From: Felis catus
Lineage: Eukaryota
Length of the DNA: 64,000 bases
NCBI RefSeq assembly: GCF_018350175.1
Contig: NC_058368.1
Location: forward strand, 117,926,001 to 117,990,000
Direction: 5' to 3'
The notes beneath the pieces were generated by a model. It had not been told where the DNA came from. It ran no database searches and worked only from the letters and a program-made list of their open reading frames with translations. The translations under genes and the position numbers were made by a program. How positions within the stretch are numbered: the stretch's first letter is position 1; the number at the start of each line of letters is the position of its first letter. This document shows, piece by piece, positions 1 through 13,189 of this stretch.

Positions 1-1619
1 AAATATCTAGTGACCCTTGTCTATTCATATTAAAGAATGAGGTCCCTGAGTTTGTGGTACTTCCTGGCTGTGATCTTTACTATAAACTAATCTGGCTGGC
101 TCCTTCATTGGGAAACTCTTGATTTTAGTATTTTGTATCATTTTTCTTGGGCTAGTCAAATTCTCCAGAGAAGGGGTTTCCATCTCTTGCCTGGAGAGCG
201 CAGGACTGGCTGCTACCTCTCTGGAAACCAAAGTAGGAAGGAGGACGAGGGGCGGGGACCTGAGCATTCAATATGTCAGTGTCGCTTCATCCCTCTGTTT
301 TTCCATGGTATCCTCACTCTCAGCTGTAGGGTTTTCTCTAATCCAGACTCCTCCTGTTCTCTCTCCTGAGAAGAATGCTCAGTCTTCTGCTCTGCTCCCA
401 GTTGGGGAAGTAGGAGTCACAAGGCTGACTGGAGTGGAGTAGGGGATCTGGGATCCCCTCCCTAAAACCAACACCACCCCTATTTTTATCTCCACCCCAC
501 TCCCACTTTAGGAGATGGATAGTGTTCCCTATCCCAGGCCCTTGTGGGGGAAGTCTGAGCCATAATCTGGCATCTGCTTGGCTTTCTCCACAGCTGATTT
601 AGCGTTCAGCTTTCTCGGGTCTGCAAAGTCCATTAACATTCATTCCATCTTCTAAAGTTTTGTTGGTGTGAGCTCAATGTCTATGTTATTTACCTTGTAG
701 GTTTTAAAACTTTTTTCATTCATCACTTAATTCATTTATTCCACCAATATTTATGAGTCCATACTATGTGCCAGACATTGGTTTGGCTTTTAAAAAAATC
801 AATTTACTCTTTTAATGGAGTTTTGGATGGGAGCAAGCACATTTATGTGTATTCAATCCCTCATCTTTCCTTGGAAGTCAAAATTTTTTTTCTTTAATTA
901 GTTAAAAAGGAGTAATAATATTTACCCATGGGGTTGGTAAAGGATTGAAATAATGCATATGAAGTATCTAGCACCGTGCCCAGCACATAGTAAGGACCCA
1001 GTAAATTGTAATCAGTATGGTTATTTTAGTCTTTACTGGCCTCAAATAGACCCATTGTGGATGTTTAAGAATTATATAGACATTCTGTTTTGTTGAGGGC
1101 ATTTATGGTCAGGTAGATTATGCACATTATGGATTGCATTGCAAATTTTCAATTTTTGGCTGACCTCTCATTAAGCCATTACAGGTGTGTTGAGAGGACA
1201 CAGTCTCAGCTTAAGGCGAGCCCCCAAGCAATCTCGATGGTGACTGTGCAATTTGGATGGAGAACAAATCCTACATGATGGTCCAAAGTCAGGTAGACAT
1301 CATTTTGAAATTTTCACTACTGGTCTTCTCCATTAACATGACACTGGATATTTCCTCAGTAAGTGATGCTCTACAAAGCACTACCATAATTATTCTCATT
1401 TTAGCCCTGACAGGTGGGGCTGTTCCATTTTATAACTTGAGAATCTGTGTCTCTAAAAAGTGATAGACCTTGTCTTTTGACACATAGCCAACAAGCAACT
1501 AATTAAGCCAAGATTAGCGTACAGTTTTGTTCCCTTTTTTTTTTCTCTCCAATTCTACTAACTGAGAAGAACCCAAGAATCCTGAATTTCCATTGTGTAT
1601 TCATGATGAGGTCTGGGAA

Positions 1620-1890
1620 ATAAATGGTTTCTGTAAGTCAGGAATTTAGGAAGGTCTTGGCTGGGCAGTACACACTTCTTGGGATCTCTTGTGCAATTGC
1701 AGTCACATGTCAGCCAGATTTGCAGCCGTCTGAAAGCTCGATTGAGGCTGGAGGATCCAACATGGCTAATTCACATGCCTGGCACTTGGGTGCTGGCCAA
1801 TAGCTTAGTGTCTATATTTGGCTCTTGTTTCAGCTATCTAAATGCTGCATGACAAATGACCCCCAAATTTAGAGACTTAAAACCAATCAT
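1620..1890. mobile_element. Old MaLR (MLT1-like) LTR fragments
   Basis: Diagnostic phrases tcaggaatttaggaagg..cttggctgggcag and ggctggaggatccaacatggc..ttcacatg, plus an LTR-end-like gctgcatgacaaat..ccccaaatttag. Confidence 0.45.
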
Positions 1891-1957
1891 CTTTTTTTTT
1901 TTTTAATAGGGTGGGGGAATAGGGTGGTTTGGTTACAAGATAAAATCTTTCTTGGAA

Positions 1958-2256
1958 GGGCACCTGGGTGGCTCAGTCAATTAAGCATCTGACTCTTGAT
2001 TTCGGCTCAGGTCACGATTTCACGTGGGTCACGGGGACTTGCCTCGGAGTCTGCACTGACAGTGTGGAGTCTGCTTTGGATTCTGCACTGACAGTGCAGT
2101 CTGCACGGGGACTTGCCTCGGAGTCTGCACTGACAGTGTGGAGTCTGCTTTGGAGTCTGCACTGACAGTGTGGAGTCTGCTTTGGATTCTCTCCCTCTCT
2201 ACCCCTCCCCTGCTCTCTCTCTCTCTGTATCTCTCTCTCTTTCAAAAATACATAAA
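1958..2256 (+). mobile_element. Can-SINE with internal tandem duplication
   Basis: GGGCACCTGGGTGGCTCAGTC head, (CT)n body and A-rich tail. The 16-bp TSD AAAATCTTTCTTGGAA lies at 1942-1957 and 3149-3164. Confidence 0.9.
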
Positions 2257-2504
2257 GTTACTGGGAGTGCAAACTGGTGCAGGCACTCTGGAAAACAGTA
2301 TGGAGGTTCCTCAAAAAATTAAAAATAGAACTACCCTACAACCCAGCAATTGCACGACTAGATATTTATCCAAGGGATACAGGTGTGCAGTTTTGAAGAG
2401 GCACATGCACCCAAACGTTTATAGCAGCACTGTCAACAATAGCCAAAGTAGGGAAAGAGCCCACATGTCCTTCGATGGATGAATGGATAAAGAAGATGTG
2501 TGTG

Positions 2505-2558
<54 letters not shown>

Positions 2559-3110
2559 GGAATATTACTCGGCAATCAAAAAGAATGAAATCTTGCCATT
2601 TGCAACTACGTGGATGGAACTAGAGGGTATTATGCTAAATGAAATTAGTCAGAGAAAGATAAATACCATATACCTTCACTCACACAAGGACTTTAAGATA
2701 CAAAACAGATGAACATAAAGGAAGGGAAGCAAAAATAATATAAAAACAGGGAGGAGGACGAAACATAAGAGACTCTTTTTTTTTAATTTTTTTTTGAAGT
2801 TTATTTATTTTTGACACAGGGAGCGTGAGCTAGGGAGGGGTAGAGAGAGAGGGAGACACAGAATCCGAAGCAGGCTCCAGGCTCCGAGCTCTCAGCACAG
2901 AGCCTGATGTGGGGCTTGAACTCACGAACTGTGAGACCATGACCTGGGCCAAAGTCGGATGCTTAACGGACTGAGCCACCCAGGTGCCCCAAGACAAACA
3001 GAGGGTTACTGGAGGGGTTGTGGGAGGGGGGGATGGGCTAAATGTGTGAGGGGCACTAAGGAATCTACTCCTGAAATCATTGTTGCACTATATGCTCACT
3101 AACTTGGATT

Positions 3111-3142
<32 letters not shown>
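2257..3142 (+). mobile_element. Carnivore LINE-1 3' fragment (ORF2 end + 3'UTR + poly A), interrupted by (CA)n and a SINE
   Basis: Encodes MEYYSAIKKNEILPFATTWMELEGIML (L1 ORF2 C-terminus), followed by a G-rich 3'UTR and poly(A) at 3118-3142. Confidence 0.9.
2776..2990 (-). mobile_element. Can-SINE inside L1
   Basis: Poly-T, (GA)n, ...ctgagccacccaggtgcccc. Confidence 0.9.
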
Positions 3143-3211
3143 CTTAAAAAAATCTTTCTTGGAAACAGCCTGGATGTCCCTGAGGGCGCTGACGGCATTA
3201 AATCCTGACAA

Positions 3212-4082
3212 AGATGCAGAGCAACACATACTCCCATTCACTGCTGGTGGGAGGGCCAAAGGGTAAAACCACTTTGGAACACAGGTAGTTTCTAACAAAG
3301 CTAAATACACTCTCACCGCATGATCCAGCATTTATACCCTTGGTGTTAATCCAAATGAATTGAAAACCTATATCCATACAAAAACCTGCACATAAATGTT
3401 TATGGCAGCTTTATCCTTAATTGCCAGAACTTGGAAGCAACCGAGATGTCCTTCAGTAGGTGAGTGGGTAAACCAACTATGGTATGTCCAGGCAATGGAA
3501 TATTATTCACTGATAAAAGGAAATGAGCTATCAAGAAAAAAATAAAAATAAATTTTAAAGAAGAAATGAGCCACCAAACCATGAAGAGACGTGGAAGAAA
3601 CTTAAATGCATACTGCTTAGTGAAAGAAGCCAATCTAAAAGGCTACAGTATGATTCCAACCATAGGACATTCTAGAAAAGGCAAAACTACAGAGACAGTA
3701 CAAAATCAGCTGGTGGTTGCCAGGGTTTTAAGTAGAGAGAGGCAGGGATAAATGGGTGGAACACAGGGGACTTTTAGGGCAACGAAATTCTTCTCTAAGG
3801 TACCGTAGTGGTGGATACATGATATTACACATTTGTTAAACCCCATGGAATGTACAACATTCTCTGTGTGACAAAGACTGAACCTTAATATAAGCCATGG
3901 ATTTTAATTAGTAATAACATACTAACTATTGGTGCACCAGTTTGAGCAAATGTACCTCACTAATGCAAGATGTTACTTATTGGGACATGAGGAAATAAAG
4001 CATATGGAAATTTTCTGTACTTTCTGCTCAGTTTTTCTGTAAACCTAAAATTGCTCTAAAAAATAGTACCTATTAAAAAAAT
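3212..4082 (+). mobile_element. Older L1M (L1MC-like) 3' end
   Basis: Degenerate ORF2-end phrases (cattcactgctggtggg, accactttggaa, atggaatattattca) and 3'UTR ending ctgtaaacctaaaattgctctaaaaaat. Confidence 0.7.
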
Positions 4083-6599
4083 TATGGGAACACGGAGTGG
4101 GTTGGTTACAAGATAAAACCCTTTCTAGGAAACGTAGCCCAGATGTCCCTGCAGGCTTTGTGCTGCATGTTCTCTGCCATTCATCAGTCCTGAGGTAAAG
4201 ATGCTTAAAGGATAATGATGTATTTAGGGTAATATGTGCACCATTCTGAGGTGCAAATGAGGGTCTGATTTGGATGACTTTGAGACTCTTTGGAGATCTA
4301 TATTTTTAATACATTTGAGCCAGAGCAAAGAAGAGAAGCTGTTCATGTCCCTAAGTTTTTCTCCCGTTCTTGTCTCTCTCTATCTCTCTTTTTAAATTAT
4401 CATTACAATATTTTGCTTGGGAGCCTGTGATGTGAAGTCCCAGAGACCCAAAGGAGACTGGAAGCCTGTTCTAAAAAGGCAGAGTGAGTCATGCTCAATG
4501 AATAGCGATTGCCACAAAAGGGCATTATTCTGCAAAGCCGGTGTTGATACCTCCAGCCCCCGCTCCCCCCTTGATGACTGGTGCCATCACCTTTAGATTG
4601 GAAGTGCCGCTGAGGGCACCATGCACACAGAGACTCTTGGGAAGCAGACTCCTCATAGAATCCAGCTGGCCGTTGACATTTGTCACTGTCCCATGTAAAC
4701 CTCGGAGGAACTGTGCCTGGCAGTGGTAACAGGACCAGTCCTCGGCTGGGGCAAATCTAAAGCCCCCTCCCTAGACATATAGTGCTCAGTGGTTTATAGA
4801 ATATTTCCATTTAAAAATCTTCTCACTTGTTGAAAACTTCCTTGTTCACTAGAGAGATACATAATGTGCTTCTATATCAGAAGTTGTGCTAGACAGTGGG
4901 ATGCAAAGATTAATAAGGAATGTCATTGTCACCAAGGGTTTACTCCTTTCTGATGTGCTTGCAAAGTTAAATGGGGTCCCACAGCTGTCACGGGAACAGT
5001 GTAGAATTCAGTGCCAGTATGGTGGACATTTTATGCTTGTGTCTGTAGCATCTCTTCCACTACCAGTCCCCTTAGTCCTTTGGTCCAGTCATGCCTGCCC
5101 ATGCTCAGCTTTGGGTGGAACTGACCTCCAAACCTAGCTCGAAGGGTGTGTCCTGACTGGTCCACGTCCATTAGTATATCCCATCCCATGACCATGGTTA
5201 TTGTTTGGAAAAGGGCATGTGTCGAGAAGCAAAAGTTCAAGCCAAAAGCAGAGAAGTAGTCTCAACCTGTGTATAAGTCACTAGAAATACCCTCTTCCTT
5301 CTCCTAGAATTGGAGGTATAATGGCATATAATTTGAAACTGTAGTGACCAAGTGGTTACCATAAGAAGATAAAGATGACACTGTGAAAGACAGAACATAG
5401 AGACAGAAAGAAATGAAGTTTTTCATGGTAATCCTCGAAATGCTGGATCAAACCTCACCTGAAGGCAAATTCTCCATGACTTTTTAGCTTCCTCATTCCG
5501 TAAATTCTCTTCATTGTTTGAGCTGGATTTTCCTAGCATTTGTAATGAATGTGTCCTAACTTATGGTGAAGAAAGAAATATAGGGAACAGGATAGGAAAA
5601 TTGGTGGATGATATTCCATATGTCCAAGCACAAAGAAATTACTGTGCATAGGTAACCAAGGAGTTGGGGAAAACCAGCGTGTGATTGTGATAGAGTTCCC
5701 TGGGCTACCCATTACATGAACTGTCTCCCATTCTTGGAAATCTCTCACTATAAGAATCCTGGTGGAAGGATCTACCTCCCACTCCACAAGTCCACCTCAC
5801 GGAGGTTAGGGTGGGGCCGAGTGTTTGATGCTCAGCCAATCATATGCTCCCACTGGGACCCGGGATCCAGGATAGGCAATGTAGACCAGCAGGAAAAGTT
5901 GCAGTGGCAACTAGGTGCACTTCCAACAGCAGCAAGACTGGTGCCATTGTTCAATGATGTAATGATGGCATTGATGTCCTCACCTAGTGGGTGCCTGGTT
6001 TCCCTTGATTCCAGCTTGTTTTCCAAGCTTGATTCTTTGCCTTCTTGGCAATTTTGTGAGCTGCCTACTAACTGCTAAATAGACCTCTTTTCCAGAACAA
6101 TCAGAATTGGTTTCTGGTGTTTACAGGTGAGGACCCTCCCCTGCCACCAACTGACTAGCCAAGGTGGAGGTCAGTACTGCTAGACAAAGAAGAACTGGTC
6201 AGGAGAGAAGTTCGTGAAGGTCTCCCAGAGAGAAGTAGCCTTCATGTCAAGTACAGGGGATGTGGGAACAGATATACCGGGATTGAATCCCGGCTCTGTC
6301 ATTTACTCATGTGACCATGGCAGGTAATCTGACCTCTCTGAGCCTTCACGTCTCACGTGCAAGAGCACTGTGATGGTAGGACCTAATGGACGGCACCTTT
6401 GGGGTGGCATTCCTTAGTCTAGATTCTGGCACAGACCTGGTCTTCAGAGTAATAGCTGTTCATGAGGTGACCTTGCTCACAAAGAGCCCATTGCACCCTT
6501 TTTTGAGTATACTTGTCCTTACTCTTTACTCTTCATCCCCAGCAGAAAGGAAGAAGATATTCCCAATGTGTAGGGAAGAAATTTAAGTTGGATCGAGAC

Positions 6600-6795
6600 G
6601 GATGTGTGCTGGTCAGTGTTGAACAACCAGCTCTCCAGGGAAATAAAAGCACTGATTTGTAGCATTTGCTGATTTCCACGGTGTAAAAACTCTCACCGTG
6701 GCTCATTTCAGGCAGCCAACATGCTGTTGCTAACCATGGAGGCGGGAAGAGATGTTCTCAGTCGGCTCTCGTGATCCAGCACTAGCACACCACTG
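6600..6795 (+). mobile_element. MER63-like hAT DNA transposon remnant
   Basis: gtgtgctgg...aacaaccagctctcc...ctgatttgtagc...gggaagagatg...agcacaccactg, with degenerate TIRs. Confidence 0.7.
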
Positions 6796-7040
6796 GACCC
6801 AGGGAAATACCTTGAAATGTTGGAGAGTTGAGGGAAATAGGTGGTTCCTGAGCCCTGGGGCAGAATGTCAAATGAAACTCCTTAAGAACTGTTGACAGGA
6901 TGAGGGTGGCCACATAGTGTGCTTGGCTTAAAACTTGAGAGTTGTCTTTAAATGGTACCCTTTGACACCCCCCCCACACACTTCAGCTAGTCAGCTTCTA
7001 GGGCCTGGCTGTTCCTTCTTTAAAATCTGTCCTGCAGACA

Positions 7041-7250
7041 GGTCTGGGTGGCTTAGGCAGTTAAACTTCCGACTTCAGCTCAGGTCACAAACTCGTGGTT
7101 TGTGAGTTCGAACCCCGTGTCAGGCTCTGTGCTGACAGCTCGGAACCTGGAGTCTGCTTCAGATTCTGTGTCTCCCTCTCTCTCTGCCCTTCCCCTGCTC
7201 CCACTCTGTCTCTGTCTCTCTCAAAAATAAATAAACATTAAAAAAAATTT
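7041..7250 (+). mobile_element. Can-SINE
   Basis: tRNA-derived head, CT-rich body, AAAAATAAATAAAC tail. Confidence 0.9.
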
Positions 7251-7271
7251 TTTTTAAATCTCTTCTGCGTT

Positions 7272-7475
7272 TGGGCACCTACATGAGTCAGTCAAACATC
7301 CAACTCTTGGTTTGGGCTCAGTTCATGGTCTCACGGTTTGTGAGTTCAAGCCCTGCATCAGGCTCTATGCTACTACCGCGAGACGGCTTGGGATTCTCTC
7401 TCTTCCTCTCTCTCTGCTCCTTTCCCGCTCATGCTTGCTCGCTCGCTCTCTCTCAAAGTAAATAAATTTTTAAAA
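7272..7475 (+). mobile_element. Can-SINE (tandem with previous)
   Basis: gggcacct... head, CT-rich body, A tail. Confidence 0.85.
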
Positions 7476-10440
7476 ATCTGCCCTGCATCTGTCAATCCCT
7501 TCTTTTTCATGCCCGCTGTGGCCCTGCCGCCCATGGGCTCAAGTTTTCAACTCTGAAACATGACTCCCTTTGTTGTACTGGAATGGACCCGTGTGCCATC
7601 CCTCAGCTGACTCTCAGTGTGCCCTCCCCACTCAGGGTTTATTGTCATATGGCTCTACGTTAGCTGTCCCATCCACTGTAAATGCTGCTGCATGGTTGGC
7701 CCCACTCAGTCTGGAAGTGATGTGAGTGTGGGTCTCATATCTACTTACTAGCTATGAGTTCTGGGGCAAATTACACGACATTCCCGGAGCTTTAACTTCC
7801 TTACGTCTAAGATGGAGATAATAGAAGGACTTGCTTAGGGTTGTTCTGAAGACTAAATTCTACAAAAGGCTTGGGATGGCCCTTGGGCCGCTGTGCATGT
7901 TGAAGTGAATACAGGCTCCGTGACGATGACGATGATGGTAACTGCTGCTCTGATGGTAAACGGTGGCTGGTGGAAGGCTGATCTTCCTCCTGCCGGGACT
8001 TCTACCCTACTTGCCTTTGCTATTTCAGTGCCACTTTTCCTTCAGCTTTGGTTCTTTTTTGGTCCGATAGGGTTTTTTTTGTGCACTCATTAACTGCTTT
8101 TCCTCTGAGTTTCTGAGGCAATTACACCCCATCAAGAAACATTAAATTCAGTACTGTCCCTTACTGTTCTCTCTTGATGTGAATCCTGTTTTCCTGGCTC
8201 TTCTGTAATGGGTTTATGGGGTGTGGCCTGTCTCCTCTTTCTCTTGTGAAGGGTCTTGGATCAGCAACCACAGAGCAGCAGCCAAAGTGATAAATGTCGT
8301 GAACGACCTGGGACTGTGCCTGCTATTGTATGTGCATCCTCCCATTTTATTGTTTCCATTCACCCAGGGTTGGTCTGGGCACCAGCTATTTGCTAGGCGC
8401 TGGGGTTACACACTGAGTGGGACAAGAGCCTCTGTCTTTCGCGAGCTTACGGTGTCCTGAGGGGAGCTGTGCTGAAACATGTGATCACCCAAACCGGGGT
8501 ACCGTGATGGATGGCACCGGGTGCTGGGGAGGGAAAGAAGAGGGTGTGACAGGAGAGTAAAACAGGAGCCTGATGTGGGTAGGGGCAGAGGTCAGGGCAG
8601 GGGCGCTTAAGCTAGCACCGGAAGGAGTGGCTCAAGGAAAGAGACTTTCTAGGAAGCTGGCTCGCTAGGAGCTGAGTGCAGTGGCTCAGAGCGCTGAGGA
8701 ACCGAGATAAGATGGAACAGCAGCAGGTCCCAGCAGGAGGGACAGAAGAGCCCGCAGCAATGGGCAGGCAGGTAGCCCCGGGCCTGCTGGGCTTCCTAGG
8801 CCGGGTTGGGTATTTCGGTCTCTATCCTAAAAGTGGAAAGCACTTCATCCTCTCAGAAATCTTATGAGATAGTTGCTATTATCAGTCCCATTTTACAACA
8901 GAGGAAACAGGGGCCCAGCATGATTAAGTAACTTGCCCAGGGTCACACAGCTAGTTGGCACCTCAGTCAGAGTGCCAGTATGGCCCAACATGGCCAGGAC
9001 CCCTCCAGCGTTCAGTAGCCACTCCCTGAGTGACTGAGAGCAGCACTGACCACTGCAGTACCCACCAGCCTTGTCCTTCCCACATGCTGTTTTGGAAACG
9101 GCCCTGGAATTGAGAATTTTCTCAGGGGGTGGCGGGGGACAGTCTGGGGCCTCCTGGGAAACACAAAACTAGTTTGGTGGGAATGAAGATGTCAGCAATT
9201 CTGCAGTCATAGCTGAAGGGTTTACAACTGCCTTGCCTTCTAAGCACTAGGTCCCACGGTCACATCCCGGCTCATGCTCTGCAGAGCTAAAAAGAAACTC
9301 CCCGTTCTGTTAGTCAGAAGTCTGAGGCTGTGGTGCCAAGAAAAGGAGGTGGTGCTTTATGGGGAGCAGTACCGTCTTGAGGAGTTGAGCCTGGATGGTG
9401 TGAGCAAAGAAGCCCAGGCACAAAGGGGCCTGAGGAAGTCTGGTGGAGACAGGATGTGCCCAGGAATCTGAAATAGGCAGCATTTGTCTTCCCAACTCCT
9501 CTAAGCCCCCTCCAGTCTAAGACCTTCTTCCTTTCTCAGCGCCCCTCCCCCCCCCACGCCCACCCAGGGAGAGGTGGTCTGGAGTCCCTTCCCTGGGCCC
9601 CATCAAGGTTCCCAGCCTGCCTCCAGGGCCCCTCCCAGAACATTAAAACTTACTTAAGATGCTAATAGGTGATAACAACACCTCCCAGGACCTGGGACCC
9701 AGGAGGTAGTTAAGAGTGGGAATTTCAGGCACCAAATGGAGGTGGCCTTTTGGCCCCCCTTAAGTCACCCTGTCACCCCAGGGAGATAACTCCTTTTATT
9801 TCCAGTCTTCTATAATATGGTGATTTCTTTTCATCTGTCATTCCCCCCTCCCCCTCCCATGTTCTGTGGAGAGCAAAGAGCTCACAGCTCAGTGAGGCAG
9901 AAGAGCCATTGGACCAATGAGAGGTGGGAAGAAAATGAGGGAATGAAGCCTCTGTCTGCTTCCTGCCAAGGAAGGTCCCTTTGTTTGCCCAGAGCCTGGC
10001 CCTTCGGCCACAACATGACCAGAGGCCCTTGGGTCAGGAGGCTTGCCCCCTTTATGGCCTTCTAATGGACCTTCCTTCCGGGACGCTTGAGCAAATGCCC
10101 CTGCCTGCGGGGGAGGGGCAGCCCGTAGCTGTCCTGTTGGTTTGCCCAAGGAACCCTGCCCCCAGCCTCACCCGTGGAGAAACTAGCACCTCCAGGGCTG
10201 GAAGTGGAGGATGTGCTCAAGTTCCCACCGGCTCTTTTGTCCGAAGGGACAGGAGGATTATCTGACTCCCCAACCCTAAGGAGATGCCCTCAGTGCCTTT
10301 CTCTTTGTTGTTTGGTTATCTATGGGGTTATGGTATCCCCATGTCATGTGTTTTAAGTTCCACCATCATTTTGTGAGGGAAGCTGGCCTGAGGTTTCCAT
10401 AATGCAGAGTGGTATCAACAGGTGCCAGGACCACTGGACC

Positions 10441-10442
<2 letters not shown>

Positions 10443-10484
<42 letters not shown>
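10443..10484. repeat. (CA)n microsatellite
   Basis: Direct observation. Confidence 0.95.
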
Positions 10485-10486
<2 letters not shown>

Positions 10487-10864
10487 CTACCTCATACAGT
10501 ACCTTTAGCTCACCCTGACTTCTTGCCCCCTTTGCATCCATTTACTCCCTACCATGCACCTTGTGTCCTTCCCTCTTTTTTTGTGTCCTCTTTGCCACAC
10601 TCTAGCTCACTGCCCTACTTGGCTAATCTCGGACCTGTCTCCTGCCTCTCCATTTCATCCCATCAATGGCTAGCACATTCATTGACATAATAACAATTGC
10701 TACCTACAGTGAGTACCTAATAATTCTAGCTCACATTTAGTGACAGCGTTCTGTTAAGAAGTGTCCTAGAGGCTTACATTAAAGCTGTCCAGTATCGAGG
10801 CCAGGGCACAGAGGTGCCAGAGCACGTGGCTCCGGGGCATCCGGGACAGACCAGGTTCAGTCGC

Positions 10865-11263
10865 TTGCCACTGACAGAATCCAAAGGCAGGGAGAGGAGT
10901 GGTGGTGAAACAAGACAGGAATTTAGTTCAGTGAGGCTGACACCAGGAAGACAGCGGAGCAGTGTCTCAAAGACTGCCTCCAGAGTGCTGACAAGACTTC
11001 CAGGTTTATATAGGGAAAATGTGGGGCAAAGGTCAGTGGGTGTGTGCAGGTGGGCAGTGAAGGTTGAATGATCGCGGTCTTGGGGTCAGTCACTGGGCTG
11101 GGTCTTGCTAGCTACCCCAGGATAGTCCGTGCTGGAGATGGTTAGGGTTTCCATCAGGGGATGCTTTGCCCTCGGGGTCTCCTGTCTGAGCCAAGAGACA
11201 AGCTGGAAAGAACCCAACTGGAAAGTTTTGAGGTGAAAATGGAGGCAGCCAAAGCCCTCTTTC
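10865..11263. mobile_element. Possible solo LTR
   Basis: ~400-bp TG...CA segment with LTR-like phrasing, apparently separating MIR-like pieces. No clear TSD. Confidence 0.3.
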
Positions 11264-12636
11264 AGTATTGCTGCCGCTTTGCAGCGGAAGAAACAGACAA
11301 GGAGAGTAATTGGCCCAAAGTCACACAGGTAATAAGTGGCAGAGCCAGGATTTGAACACAGTCAGCTAGACACGAGCCTGAACTCCTAACTGTCATTAAC
11401 ATGGAATTTAAAAATATTTTTCCTAAAAATCTATTATGAAGAAAGCCATAGGGTAGGCGCTAAGAGCATTTAAACAGGAGTAGATGAAACTTGTTTCCTC
11501 CTCATGTCCTAGCTCAGGGAGTTAAATGATAGTAAAGGCCACCTAGGGAGATGAGTAAGACAAGTCCAGACATGACCTCCTGCCGGAGAGGGCAGAGTAC
11601 GTGCCACGGAGAAGATACACAGAGGGCCTTTGGTACAGAGGACAGAGAAGTCACATCCGTTCAGGAGACTCAGGAAGTCAGGAAGAGTTCCAGGGAGGCC
11701 ATTGGGTGGGGGATGGTTTGGAAGGACAGATGGGTTTGTGGCAGGGTCCTAGGAGGTGAGGAAGGACTAGATTGGAGCAAAGAGGGTAAATACTGTGAAT
11801 ACTGCAGAACAAAGATCAAGAGAAGCAGAGCCAAGGTAAAAGCACCCTGACCACAAGACTCAAACCCCTGAGAACTGAACCCGGTAGTTGAAGACTATAT
11901 GAGTTCTAATTTCTTTTCTAGCACTTAACCAGCTCTGTAATCATAGCCTCCCCCATGTTTCGGTCACCTCATCTGAAAAGTGGGTGTAATTCAGGGCAAG
12001 GACCAAGGTAAGGTGGATGAGGCCTTTGCCTTGAGTATGATGCAGGCAGGCCGAGTCGAGAGGTGCCCCCCAAAAAGCTCTGTGATACGAAACCATATTG
12101 GAGCCTAAAACAAAAGGAAAAATCAGTAAAATTGATCCTGTTTTTAGTTAAGATAAAGCCTCCACCCTGGTCCTGGCCCTGATAATAACACTAGGCATTT
12201 CTTGATTGAATCAAAAAAGAATATCAGGCAGGCATTAACATTTAGGAGATATTTCCATGGGGCAGTAAGGCAAGTCTTCATGGAAAAGGTTGAAGTTAAG
12301 CTATTAGTTTATCAACATAGTTTTTAATACATCTTTTATCTGGCACCAGAGAAATAGCGATACATATGACATACACTACCCTTACTTTCAAGGTGTTTAT
12401 ACTTCAGCTGAGAAGAAAAATAATAACAAATACTTAAGAATAATTGATCAGCACAAGGATAGTAAGCATTAGATAGAGGTGCCACGGGACCATCAACTCC
12501 TGGAAGACAGGGAATGTGCACTGGATTTTTCTTTCTTTTCTGCTGTACTTACATAATTAAGACCTAAAGGATGGAAGTTTTTAATTTATAGATAAACTTT
12601 AAGCTTTATGTCTCTCTCTTTTTTTAAGTCCTTGAC

Positions 12637-12848
12637 TTTTTTTTTTAAGTTTATCTATTTTGAGAGACCCAGAGAGAGCACGAGCAAGGGAGGGGTAGAG
12701 AGAGAGAGAGGGAGAGAAAGAATCCCAAGCAGGCTCCACGCTGCCATCGCGGAGCCTGACGTGGGGCTTGAACTCACGAACCATGAGGTCATGACCTGAG
12801 CCCGAAATCCAGAGTCAGACACTTAACCGACTGAGCCATCCAGGCCCC
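12637..12848 (-). mobile_element. Can-SINE
   Basis: Poly-T, (GA)n, reverse-complement SINE head. Confidence 0.9.
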
Positions 12849-13189
12849 TCTGTGCCTCCTTTGAATAAGTGTTACTCACGTGTGGTGTATAGTCTAAAAA
12901 ACACAAAAGAGTATATAGTGAAAAGTCTCCATGCATCCCTTTCCAGAGGTGAGTGATGCCACTGTCTCAGGTATCATCCCAGAGATGGTCTAGCTATACA
13001 TAGTCAGGTAAACTCCTGAGTAATTACATAAGTGGGGTCATGCCATCCTCACTGACTAGCACTTACTTCTGTCTTGATGATCATTCCATATTAGTATGTG
13101 ATTTTTATGACTGCATAGTACTGTGGTGGGTGATTCTGTCAAAGTTTATTTAACCAAAATCCTATTGGTGAACACATTGTTGGTATTTT

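Noticed and set aside
2030..2185. CRISPR-like repeat-spacer pattern
   Set aside because: Eukaryotic SINE-internal duplication with no unique spacers and no cas genes.
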